This document shows positions 13,631 to 25,800 of a DNA stretch of 64,000 nt, in pieces. Made by a program: the position numbers and the translations under genes. The stretch is taken from NCBI RefSeq assembly GCF_041146345.1, contig NW_027191414.1, positions 310,001 to 374,000 of the forward strand, written 5' to 3'. This stretch comes from Neodothiora populina. Lineage: Eukaryota. A model generated the notes under the pieces. That model worked only from the letters and a program-made list of their open reading frames with translations. It did no database searches and was not told the DNA's origin. How positions within the stretch are numbered: the stretch's first letter is position 1; each line of letters opens with the position of its first letter.

Positions 13631-15130
13631 ATGTCTTTTCATGACTCAAAGGTATGCATTGAGATAGCAAGAGTCAGAAAAAGGATTTCGGTAAACTAAT
13701 ATCTCATAAAGAAGCGTAAGCGCAATGTTGTAGTGCATCAAGGCAGCGATGAGGTGGATACTTCGAAGCCCTCTGCTGTTTTCACGCCCACTGGTGGTAG
13801 ACAGCATACGCTGAGTATTGCCTTGCCTGGCAGTGTCATTGCAAAGTAAGTGATGTTTTCTTTTTGTCGCGTGTCTCTTGTCTCTCGCACTTTTTCCATT
13901 TCTTCAAATCATATTTCTTTTTTGAGATCGAAAAACAGTATGCTCCCCCCAGAACTTCCTCGAGAATATTCACTACTTTTTTGTCCTCTCATCCACCCAC
14001 GAGACCATCTCGCAGACAAGACAAGCCATTGATCAGGAAGTGGAAGAGGACAAGTGGAGCACTCAGCTTAGGCTATAAACACATTGATTTTTTTCGCCAC
14101 AATCCATTTCCATCCTCAAATCTAACTTACAAAAAGTGCCCAAACCCACGAAACAAAGACTCTCCTAGCCGCCCAAGTCGCACGAGCATGTGCCGTCTTC
14201 AGCGTCGACGAGATCGTCGTCTTCAACGACGGGCAATCCCAGGCCCAACCCAAGAAGCGTTCTGCTTATGACTATCGAGACGACGAGACCGGCTACACAG
14301 GCTACTCGGATCCAGACGACTTCCTCTATCACGTCCTGAGTTACCTCGAGACGCCCCCTCATCTGCGCAAGTCTTTGTTCCCCATGCATCCGAACTTGCG
14401 CACTGCAGGCATGATGCCCAGTCTGGACATGCCTCACCACTTACGCGCGAACGAATGGTGTCGATACCGCGAGGGCATCAGTGTCTCAGTCGAAGGCACC
14501 GAGGCGCAACAAGCCAAACGCAAGAAGCCCTCTTCCGCAACCCCCGACACCTACACCCTAGTAGACTGCGGTCTGCCCGTGCGAGCCAGGATCCCCGTCT
14601 CAGTACCCACAGACAGCAGAATCACAGTGCGGTTCGCAAGCGACTTAGAGCCGCGAATGGACGGCTACACGCCCCTAGACGCAGCAGCAGTGACGCCCGA
14701 CACCCCACGCGAAGAAGCAGGCTATTTCTGGGGCTACTCGACGCGCCTGGCATCCAGCTTATCTGCAATCTTCACCGAGTGTCCCTACGACGGCGGCTAC
14801 GACGTGAGCGTCGGCACGTCGGAGCGCGGAATCCCCGTCTCATCCTTACTTTCTGCATCTCAAAACAGCGAGGGCGGCGACATACCCCCCATCCCCGCAA
14901 AGTGGAACCACCTAATCATCGTCTTTGGCGGCGTCGCGGGCTTGGAGGTGGCGCTGAAAGCAGACAAAGAGCTCACGAGCAAAGGCGTCTCCGAGGCGCG
15001 CGACGTGTTCGACTACTGGGTCAATCTCGTGCCGAACCAAGGGAGTAGGACGATCAGGACCGAGGAGGCGGTTTGGTTGGGACTCATGGGACTGAGGGGT
15101 GTCGTGCAGGAGAGGTTGGACGCTGTGTAA
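13631..15130 (+). CDS. SPOUT-class RNA methyltransferase (DUF171 / SPOUT1-C9orf114 family); 3 exons
   Basis: MSFHDSK|KRKR...RQHTLSIALPGSVIAN|AQTHETKTLLAAQVARACAVFSVDEIVVF, YLETPPHLRK, GTSERG, PNQGSRTIRTEEA. Intron 2 is 13846-14136. Confidence 0.88.
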
Positions 15131-15669
15131 ACTATGAGAGTCGGTGATATGCTCTGTTACTGCCATTGTCTTGGGTTCTTTTCGTCCATAAAGAGGATTC
15201 AGGGGACTGTGAGCGTCTCGCTTGCTATTTGTCTTGGACTTTTGGTCCATACTGGAAGTGAAGAACACCTTTCGCGTATTTCATCATAGAAAGTGCCTTC
15301 TAAGATGCAAGTAGTACATACCTAGGCACGCGGCCACAGCGGATTGCACAGTATGAAAAGAAGTTCACGTCACTTTCGAGTAATCCTTGCCCCATGCAGA
15401 AAGTGTCTTTTCGCTTTCCGCCCCTCTTTCGGAAGTCACGGCATCAATGATAGAACTGGCGAGAACGACAGGAATAGAGAAGGCGGGGAGTCACCAAAGG
15501 GGACCATACGACAGGCAGGCAGGCCAGCCTCCAACGCAACGCATAGTAGTTTATTTGTATGATCAATAAGTTTCATTTCAATAATAAGTAGATAAAAAAA
15601 ACTAATCGCTGACACTACACTTCCCCTTCGATTTCTCCATTTAGCCACACGAAGAAAAAGTCTTTTTGT

Positions 15670-18600
15670 CTATGCAACGCCTCCGACAACAAGAGCCGCC
15701 AGGCCCGGCTCTTCACCTCTCACGTTGATCTTGACCGTCACGCCGCTCTTGGCGCTGTAGGCCATCCTGATCAGACCTGCGACCTTGCCACCCGTGACGC
15801 TCTTGCCGTAAAGCTTGAGGCTATGCGTCGTATTTGACAACGCGACTTCGCTACCCTCGAGTGGCTGCATGGCGAGCGTCTTGACGAGTAGTTCGGTGGC
15901 CTCGGCGATGCTCTTGGCGTTGCCGAGTTGTAGCGTCTCTTCTGCTTCGTGCTCCTCGTCGTTGTCGATGCTGTTGAAGATGGAGTCGAAGCTGCCGGCA
16001 AATGCAGGTACAATGTAGTCTGCACCGACAAGGTCGAGGTCCTCGATCTCGTACTCATCATCGTAGCCAGAGTCCTCGGGCTCGCCCGTGGACGGGTCGA
16101 TCTCCTTGGATGTGAATTTGAGAATGTTGGTGAAGTTTGCCGCGACAAAGTCTTGTCCTTCAGGGCGTTTGAAGGACACATAGACTGTGCCAGGCTCATC
16201 TGTCTTCAAAAGAGGTGCGGGAATAGTGAACTCCTCCTCCAGACCGGAGTCCTCGTCGTCGGCTCCTGATGGAGTACAAACAACTGTGACGTCGGACAGA
16301 ACAGTGTCTGGTAGAGTATTCTTGACATCAAATTGTAGCACAACGTGGTCCTTGAACAAATGCTTGACAGCAGTGACGACGTACTCGGTTTCCGATTCGG
16401 TGAGCTCGACAATCTGACTGCTTTTGAGAACGCCGCCGTATGACGCAAAGTCGGGAACAGCTTGCAATTGCTGAGCGTACTTCTGAGCTGCAGCGGTGGC
16501 TGAGGCGGCAGCTTCTGCTGATCCGCGGGCGGGCTGCTTAGGTCCTGTGGAGGGTGCCTTCAGCGTTGGTGTGGCAGTAGTGAGCTTCTTTGTACGATCC
16601 TCGGCAAGAGACTGTTCGCGAGTGACAACCGGCACTGCGGAGAGGTCGAAAGGCTTTGAGAAGGCGTCTTTGTCTCCGGTCACATACATGACCAGTTGAT
16701 GCTCGAGCACGGGTAGGGAGAACATGGAGTCTGGATAGGTTAATTAAAAAAGGAATGGGAGTACGAATCAAGGGCAATGCCAACTCACCATTTCGCACAA
16801 ACTTGCTTGCCATGGCATCGTCCTCGCTCATGAGGCGCAAATTCAGGGCGGCACGGTCTCTGACTTCATCGTCGGTGTCGTCCAAGCATCGTCTCAAAAG
16901 AACCTCAACACTGCGCTTGACTTCAGGATCTTGTTGACCGACGCCGAATTTGGCAAGGGCGGTGACGGCAGCAGCTCTGACGATGGCGTTCTCCAAGACA
17001 ACACGGTTGTAGATATAGCGAATGTATTTTGTGGGGTGACTTGTTTTGGGACCTTCAGTTCCGAGCAGATGGAGAATGCGCACTGCAAGCTTGGTGAATT
17101 CACAGTCCTCAATGAACTCGCAGAGTTGAGAAAGCGCATCCTCTTTGCTTTCGGGAACAAACTTGATCAGATCAAAGATGGCCTCGACGACGCTGTTCTT
17201 GAAGTCATAGCTGCCCTCTTCTCGCAGAGAACTGCTGAGGAAGGCAAGCATACCGGCCTGTTTGCTGGGGAACTTGAGGCAGAGGGTGCGCACAGCCTCG
17301 ATGACGGTGATCTTGAACTCATCTGTGATGTCAGCCATGAAACCGGAAATCTGCTTCATCAGTCTGTCCACACTGGACTCGTTGCCGGTCTTGAGCAAGG
17401 TGGTAATGGCGAAGGTGGCAATGGAACGGTTGGTGTTGGTGATCAGAGACTCGATATCAGGGTTGCACTGTCGCACGGCATCGGGCTTGAAGGATGCAAA
17501 GTTGTGAAGGATACGAATGGCGGCAAATTTGGTGACTGCGCGAGGAGAAGTCAAGAACAGCTGGAGAACGTGGACAGCTTGTGTGATCTCGGCGTCGGTA
17601 ACATCGCGAACGTCGCAGATGGCCTTTGCAGCCTCGATATTGACGATTTCGCTCTTGTCCCGCAGCCAGCCGTCGAGGAGTTGCATCATGGGCTTCCGCA
17701 GACTGGGGTCTTCTTCAATGAGCTTGGCGGCGAGTCTGACGAGCATCAGTCTGGCAGCGGGACTCTTGACGACACCAGCTGCGCTGTACTGCTGCACCAT
17801 CTTGACGAGCGCCATCCTGTCGTGAGATCGCATCTGGTAAAGCAGGCCAATTGCGTGATACTGGGTCATAAAGTTGGTGTTGGATGCAGCCAGGGTTTGC
17901 GAGCTTCCGCCAAAGCCCAGGGAGAAGCCACCTGACGACTTGGACGACGAGGCAGCCTCCTGCGTCTCACTCTGCCATCTTCGCACAATGTCGCGGGCGA
18001 TGGGAAGCAAGTGGTAGGAAGAGACAAGAGCGGCCGAGGAGACCGAGGGTGTCTTGTCGACAATGGCCGTCTTGATGTTGCGCTCGATAGCTTGCACGGT
18101 GGAAGCCTACAAGTCCGGGCAATGAAAGTGTCAGCCCACTGAATGTATGATATGCGTTCCTTCTCGCATAAAGCGATACGTACGTCTATGATTCGACACA
18201 ACGCTCTGATGGCGTTTGCTCGGTAGACAACATCGCTTCCCACCGCTGTGTCCTTCATGATACTGCTGGTGACCATGATGACATCCTCGGCGGTGTTGGC
18301 GAGCTCTTTGATGACGAGGTAGACCATCTGCCGTAAGGAAGCATCCTTGTTCTGGAACAGCTTGGAGATGCCGAAGAAGAGGGAGGTGGCTTCATTGGTA
18401 GGGAATTTCTCTCCGGTGAAGAGGAGGAGGGCGATCTTGGTTAACAGGATGCGGCACTTGCGAGGAGAGATGGGCGATGAGTTGAAGACGCGAGCTGAAG
18501 AGGAGTTGTGGTATCAGCAACTGTATATCCGTGCAAAGCCAATGGCTTGATCATTGAAGCGCGCGCTAGCCTTGGGAGTTGATGGCGCGAGTGATGTTGT

Positions 18601-18728
18601 GTTATTGCTGCAGCATTGGTATAGAGGGAAAGGGGGAGGAGGATGGAGGACCAACCTTCCTGGAAGACAGAGGTCCGGTCAACCTTGACCATGCCTCCAT
18701 CATCTTCATCCTTCTTGTTGTAGCTCAT
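15670..18728 (-). CDS. SEC21: Coatomer subunit gamma (COPI); 4 exons
   Basis: MSYNKKDEDD, RVFNSSPISPRKCR, LCEFIEDCEF, YIRYIYNRVVLEN, LTESETEYVV and FTSKEIDP. Confidence 0.96.
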
Positions 18729-19341
18729 TGTGGATGATTATTGTTGGATGTCCCTGCCCCGTCGGAGCTGCATCGAATTGTTTTGGGGGATAAGTTAATT
18801 GTTATTCAGCTGCGCTTCTGGAGTTCTGGAGTTCTGGAGACAGCTGGACTTGCACATCATCCCCGTACCTTCCTTGGACCGCCGTTGGCTTATGCCCGAT
18901 GTTTCCCCGCCTTCCCTTTGTACTACAACTGCAAATATAGTCGGACTTTTACATAAAGCAAAGATGGTGTCGCTGAACGGGGATGCTCCTCTCGCGGACA
19001 GGCTGATACACTGCTTGCAAGAACAAGGTATTACAGTGGCTCAGAAGTAGTATCCATGTAGGCAGACTTGACTGTGCAGGGCAATTGCAGGCGCACAGGA
19101 AGTAAAGCCTTGGCACATGACGACGTGGGGAAAACGCCTGTTGCCTTTGCCATGCACTTATTCCTGGACCAACCAAATATATAGAGTAATACAGAGAACA
19201 GAGCAATTACCCGGAACTGGACTCACGAACGAAACTTCTTCCGCACATTGTTGCAATATTCGTATACAGATACATACATACCTCGAATAAGATTGCCATC
19301 GGAGACAGGTTCGAGGCCCGCCCACTTGCAACACCGCAAAC

Positions 19342-20240
19342 ATGAATATGCCGGGGAACATGCCCGACATGCCAGTCAATGTGCCGGTCGACGATCCCAA
19401 TGCGGACACGGAATGGTTGGTCCCTGATATTCTTGTCGCTGTCAGAGCATCTCAGACATACTAAAGGTTTCGTCTAGGAATGACATCCTCCGCAAGCACA
19501 AAATCATCCCTGAAAAGCCTCCTTCGCCGACCCCCATGATCCAGGAAGCATTGGAGGAGGCTCGGAAATTGGCTCACGAGAACCGCCTGGAAGGAAAGGA
19601 CCTTGAAGAGCTAGCTGAATTAGAAGACGATGAGGACGAGGACTTCTTGGAACAATACAGGTACGCCATCGCAATAAACACAATGTCCGAGAGATCTCAC
19701 CCGCCAATACTTACTCATATCTGCAGGCAAAAGCGCTTCCAAGAGATGGCTACCCTCCAAAGTACCTCCATCTATAACCAGGTCTATCCCATCCAGAAGC
19801 CGGAATATGCCAAGGAAGTCACCGAAGCTTCTCAAAAGTCGTATGTTCTGGTTCTGCTCATGTCTTCTTCGGGCACCAATACCGAATCCAAGTTGCTTTC
19901 CGACATCTGGCGCGAGCTGGCCACGAAATTCGGTGACATCAAGTTCTGTCAGATGAGAGCCGATCTCTGCATCGAAGGCTATCCGGACCGCAACACCCCC
20001 ACCGTCCTAGTCTACAAAGATGGCGACATCAAGAAACAGATTGTGACATTGCGTGACCTGCGCGGTGACAAGACTACCATTCAGGATCTCGAGGACCTAC
20101 TCCGTAATCTTGGTGCCGTCAATCCCAACGACTCACGTCTTCGCAAACGAGCCGACATGTCAGACATGCCCGAACGTGGTATCAAGTCCGGCTCTGGCCC
20201 AGGCCTGGGCAATGATGACAGCGACAGCGATTGGGACTAG
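19342..20240 (+). CDS. PLP2: Phosducin-like protein 2 (PhLP2, CCT co-chaperone); 3 exons
   Basis: VPVDDPNADTEW|NDILRKHKIIPEKPP, ELEDDEDEDFLEQYR, CIEGYPDRNTPT and acidic C-terminus DDSDSDWD. Confidence 0.92.
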
Positions 20241-21679
20241 TTACCGTACCACCTTATAATGAACACACTGCAACCATGGGGCAGCATACTTACATGTGGC
20301 TGCAACTTCGTCCGGAACGGCCACAATCACGCTTCCGTCAATTCCCTTCGGACCTCCGCACTCCACTATGTCCGCTAGGCGCGTAAGGCCCATCACCAGA
20401 CAGTGCGCAGCAATACCGGGGTTAAAGGGTCTGGACGTTTCAGGGATGGAAGGTAAGTCGCCGGCACATTGTAAGCCACGTAGGTCTTGTTTTCTAGCTT
20501 CTGTCAAGCCAAAGCAAGAGTGATGCTGTGAATGCGCTACATATCACTCGCTGCGAAAGCACATCTGCCTCGAGACGAGGTCAACACTTTCGGTTGCTTG
20601 CTTGTGGCGTTCGCAAGTGCAGGGAACAGGCGTACCTTGCGTGAAATATCGCTGCGGTAGGGCACACATAGTGGGGCATCCGGGACCCTACATTGAAGTG
20701 CATGGCAAGGTACCTTACTGAGCTTACCTTCAGGTTATGCCTTCAAATGCCTCCCGCTTTCCTGCTGGCTTGGCATCCTGACCCCAGACCTGTGACTTTC
20801 TAGGTCCATCCAGGGCTTGTACTTCTCCATCTGTGTACAAAATCAAGTTATAAATATGTCTGCACTTTCGTCATTTGGTTCTATGGCCCAATGACCTTGT
20901 GATCTCGACCGTTCCATTGAGATGCAACTGAAAATTAATTATAGAACCAGGAGTGACCATGCGACCGATGATGGGCTTTGACTACATTTATTATGTACCA
21001 GACCCTAATCAATAGACTGTACCTGGCTGTTGTGCTGCAAGTACTTGGCCTTCAAGACCGAAGTCCTGTTTCCATAGGGCTCTCTCCACACTAGGCTTAC
21101 TAGGCTTATTGAATAGCCGTCTCACAGTATCGTGCCCCGTTCGCGATGACAATGTCCCCGAAAAACAACTCCGGCATCAAATTCTGGTTCATGTACAGGG
21201 CTACCCTGTACCATTGAAAAATCTCATCTATGCGAAGCCACATCGTGAGGAGACGGAGAGGTGCTGTCTCGAATTCGTGGCGCAGAAGACAGCCGCCAGA
21301 TGCCGCGGCCTCGACCACCTTGTGAGGCTCTGTTTCTGACTCGGATTGTCTGGGGGCGGAGCGACCCTTCCGAGCGCCCTCTTTGGCACACTGTCCCCAG
21401 TGCCCTTTCTCTTCGATCGCTCGAATTTCATCGGAAAGGCTCCTGCAAAACCGTCAGGGTTTTTGTCGCTCAACAACGGAAAAATTCCTGAGAAGCTATG
21501 CTCTTTTTCGAAAGTCATGCATATCGAAATTCAAGTCTCACACGAAGAAATATTGGCCCATTCTTTCGACAAATACGAGGCTCCGCGTCTGCTGATTGGT
21601 TCGGACTTGAGCAACTAAGATGCGGTACAACAACCACAGATCCATTAATCTTTGCTCTCATGACATCATATCGTTATTT

Positions 21680-22808
21680 CTAGCCCCAGGCGTACGCATT
21701 CCAGTCGTTTTGCTGACCAGAGTTGCTGCTCACTGCCATAAACGCTCCTGGAGCTCCTGTTGGCATATTTGGTGGCACAGTAAGGTGAGTGTTCATGTCG
21801 ACAAGTAGGTGGTTTGTTACGCCACTGATCGTGTCTGCCGGCCAGATCTCACATACAGGACCTTGCCTTGCGGGCAAGCCGTTGCCTAGATTATCATGGA
21901 TTTGGACGTGACCTGATCCTGGATTTGACCCTACGATCTCGTTAGTGGGGTTGAACGTCTTGTCTGCAAGGTATGCTGTAGCTCACAATGTGCGGCGCAT
22001 CCATTTGCTGTCTTCTCCATGAGCGTTCCTTGCACCAGACTGTCGTTGCGCTCACGAGCATCATCGCATGCTTGTACGAACCCAGTATTTCCAATGTACC
22101 CGTTCGGGACGAGTCCTACAGCTGCTGGAAATCCTCCCATGCGTAAGAGCTGATTCTCTGCCTGCATTGTCGAAAGTTGCCGCCTGAGATCTTCGTTTTG
22201 TGTTTCTAATGCAGATGATTTGATGGACAGCGTTGTCACTTGCGCTTCTAGCTCTTCAACTCGCTGTCGTTTTCTATCCCTAAGGGCTCGTTGTCTATTT
22301 ATCATAAAGTCAGCAATGTTGCTCGAACACGAAGTCCTGCATAGGAACATACGCGGCTCTGTTCTGCGCTTTCCGTCTTCTCTGAGCGGGTGTCAGAGTC
22401 TGGTTGCTGTCACTGCTCGCATTGCTCTGTGAATGCCGTAACTCAAGCAGTTCGTCGTAGTTGACTCCGATTTCTGCTGTCAAACTTTGAGAACGACTCC
22501 ACGGAGAATTGGTTAAAGGTGATGGAGCTTGGGACGACGTCCCTATGCTCTCGCGCGAGGATACAGGATTCCCATTGTGTGTGATTGATGCTCTCCTAAG
22601 TCCAGACGGCCATAGCGAAATACTCAATTGACGTGATGCTTCATTTCTGGAAAGACTCGATCCATGCTGTGCAATGATCAGTACTCAAAGCCTAGATATA
22701 TCTTTGGAGCAGGATATTGTATACCATTGTCGTTCCGTCGGCCATCGACGTACTGAGCTGTTCAAATCCCTTCGGTACTATAACGTCATACACATGATGT
22801 TGGGTCAT
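21680..22808 (-). CDS. bZIP transcription factor (Yap/AP-1-like basic region); terminal exons uncertain
   Basis: RRRKAQNRAA|QRALRDRKRQRVEELEAQVTTLSIKSSALETQNEDLRRQLSTMQAEN across intron 22295-22352. The first exon (ATG 22808) and last exon (ending WNAYAWG* at 21680) are plausible but inferred from splice signals only. Confidence 0.7.
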
Positions 22809-25800
22809 CCTCTCTATACTCTATAAGGTATCGCTCGACTGTGTTGGAAAACAAACAACAAGATGCTAGCTTGGTATATCAATATGTATAACGAAGGTAA
22901 TTGGTATGAAAATGTAAATGGACTGATGGAATGATCGTCGAGCGGAAAGCATGGCTTGTATATCTAGACATTACCACTTTCCATGGACGAATACAGCATG
23001 TACAAGCCCTGATGCTCCGCTCACGTGTCTTGGACCAGTATCAAGCCATTCAGGGCGCTCTGAAAAGCAACAGGTCAACGATATTACGCAGTACTTCGTT
23101 CCAGTAACTCTAAGCTCGTGGCTCGAGCTGGCGCAAAGCCAAGTGTACATCGATCCCACATCATCTCGATGCTTATTTCCAACCGGCGGGAACGGGAGCG
23201 ACAGGTTCGAAGGGTCCCTCATCATTTCCATTGAGCAAGTAGACGCTACCTCAGGTATCACTGAGCAATGTGGAAAGCATATTTCGCAGGTACGCCACAT
23301 CGATCTACACGGTTAATCACCCAGCAGGACTCGACAACCTGGTCGATTCATTGTGCCGGAAATTTCCTGAGATCTCGGTCAAGTCTAACGCAAAGCAATC
23401 AAGTCACCACTCCAGGGCCATTGTCGACCCTCGCATGTCCATGAGAAATAAAGTTCTGTATTTAGACATCTTCACCTATGACAGATTGTCGTTGATAGAG
23501 AACATTGACCTAACCAAGGCAAGAATCCTTTGACGAACCACGGAGACACTAGCAGAGGCCAAGCCCTAGCAATGGAAAAAGATAACCGGGGTAGATTTGG
23601 CCGAGGAGACGTTTGATGTCTTGGTGGGCTGGGGGTGTTCTTTGCGCTGCTGAGGTACAGTACATTGCGTAGGAATGTTGTCACGGAGTCCCTGGTTTAC
23701 CATCTTTGTCCTAGAATCCGAAGGGGTCGGCTTCGATGCTCGATGTCAAAGACGATGTCAAACGATACTTCTTCGGAAGCATAACTTTGGATCTAAAGAG
23801 CAAGGTTTGAGCCTGTAAGTTGAGCCAAAAACGCCTGCGCAGCTGTCAGCAGGTGGCCGTCCAATTAGGATGCTAGTCACGACTAAGAGATTTACGCAGT
23901 GTACCTCTACCACAAAGACTAGTGGTCACCCAACGACTGTGGGGTTAAGTCTCTGCCTCCGTCCATCCAGGCGGAGGGCCAGGTCTGCTCGCACCGCTCG
24001 TACTTGCCCGCAAGAGGCGCGAGACTCTCTACCGTGTCTCATGTTAACGTGGGTCATGTACCCATAGAAATGATGAGACATAACAGTAGGCGGCCCTAGC
24101 AGTATCGTGCTAACCATTCGACCGTTGAGGCTGCCATATGGTCACCACATGCTGTATCCTTTGGCGGGGCTTTCGGCAAAGGAAGTACCGACGATACGCA
24201 AAGCCTCTTCACAACGACATATCTTGTACAAGATCCTTACTCCGGCCATCGATGATTGGTCAATCGAGCCTCACATTTCACCCCTCTACAATGTCTCGCT
24301 GCTCCGTGAGTATGACCTTTCTAGGACATTGGACAATCTTATACCGAGATTAGTACGGATCTACGAACACTTTGTTGAGCATCGCAAGTCCAATACCGTG
24401 GCCATGGCTACTCCAAGGTCGGGTACCTCTCTAATGCTTATCGTGAGCAAATGTTGCGCTATGGTGCTGTGAGCTGCACAGTATCTTCATCTATATCAAG
24501 ACGCCGCGCTTATGATAACCATATCGGTGCAATACCCGCATCTCAGCGCAGCCATGTCAGATCCTAAGCTGGTCAAGGTCTCAACTGCGGAAACATGATG
24601 ATTTGCTATCGAGAACAGCATCGAGACTCCTTTCGCATACCGATTGTACTGTAGTAGTATATCTCGATGTATCACCTGCTCTCTCCCTCACGCATATTCC
24701 GTATCGGGCACGTGTTTTCCTGAACGCAACCTGTGTTCGTCCTCCTCTGTTACGATGTATTTGAGTGCCACTGCACTACGCCTGCACAAGGTACGATGCA
24801 GCATAAACAAGGACAGTGACCTCCAGCCCCGTGGCTTCTTCGCTAGTAGCCGGACCGAGACCACACAGCCGTAACCCTGTATCTGAACCGATTCATCCAA
24901 CGGCCAACTTAGGGGATGAGTGGCACGCAGCCCGTCGATGGCGCATACCGATAAGTGTCTTGTATCAGTGGATCGGTGACAGACCTGAAGATCGTGGACC
25001 CATTTTGTCCGTGCAGATGCTCCTACGGGTACGGGTCGCAGATGTACTTGTACAGTACTGCATCGGACCGTATGCTGGGGAACTCTATTTCGTCAAGGGC
25101 ATAGCGGTATATATCCCGGAAGCTTACTTATGTAGGAATATGCATGCTGAATCGAGTAGTTACGTACTTCGCCCCATCACGAATCAGACACGTTAGCATC
25201 ACAATACCAAGCCTTGAGTTGCGTCTGAAGGATCTAGATCAAGATGCCGTGCAAGGGTGGGCGCGCTTGGCAGACCCATCGTTAATTCTCCTAAAAAGCG
25301 ATACGTTGCACAGTGAGACGTGATGTTCCTCCTCTCTAGGATAGACTGCCCCTCGTTACGGTACTTCATAATGCCACAAGTACCACACCACAATCAACGT
25401 CCAACTTGTGGCAAAGGCTTACAGGTTTGAGGAATCACGTTGAACCACTAAATGCAGAATTCTAGCCCTGCACTTCACTCTCCGTTCATTAATGACCAGT
25501 AAGGCGGTCGATAATTTGGAGCCTTTCATTCGTACTTACTGACGTGGTTGTAGTGTACCAGACATCCTCTCTAAGATCCACACTATTGCTAGGCAAACAT
25601 AGGCCCGGCTCGATTCGTCTTGTATCTTTTTGCAACGCTATCTATGTGCCAGGCAAGTCTTGTCTAATTCGATCAGCCGCGTCAAGCATTGGAGCGGCAG
25701 CATGAGGCGTACAGATCAATCTCTTGGTTCATCTAGAGTCACGCTCTGCTCCAACGATCCGCTCGTAGCGCGCAATACAGAACACCTCAATCGTTCGGCG

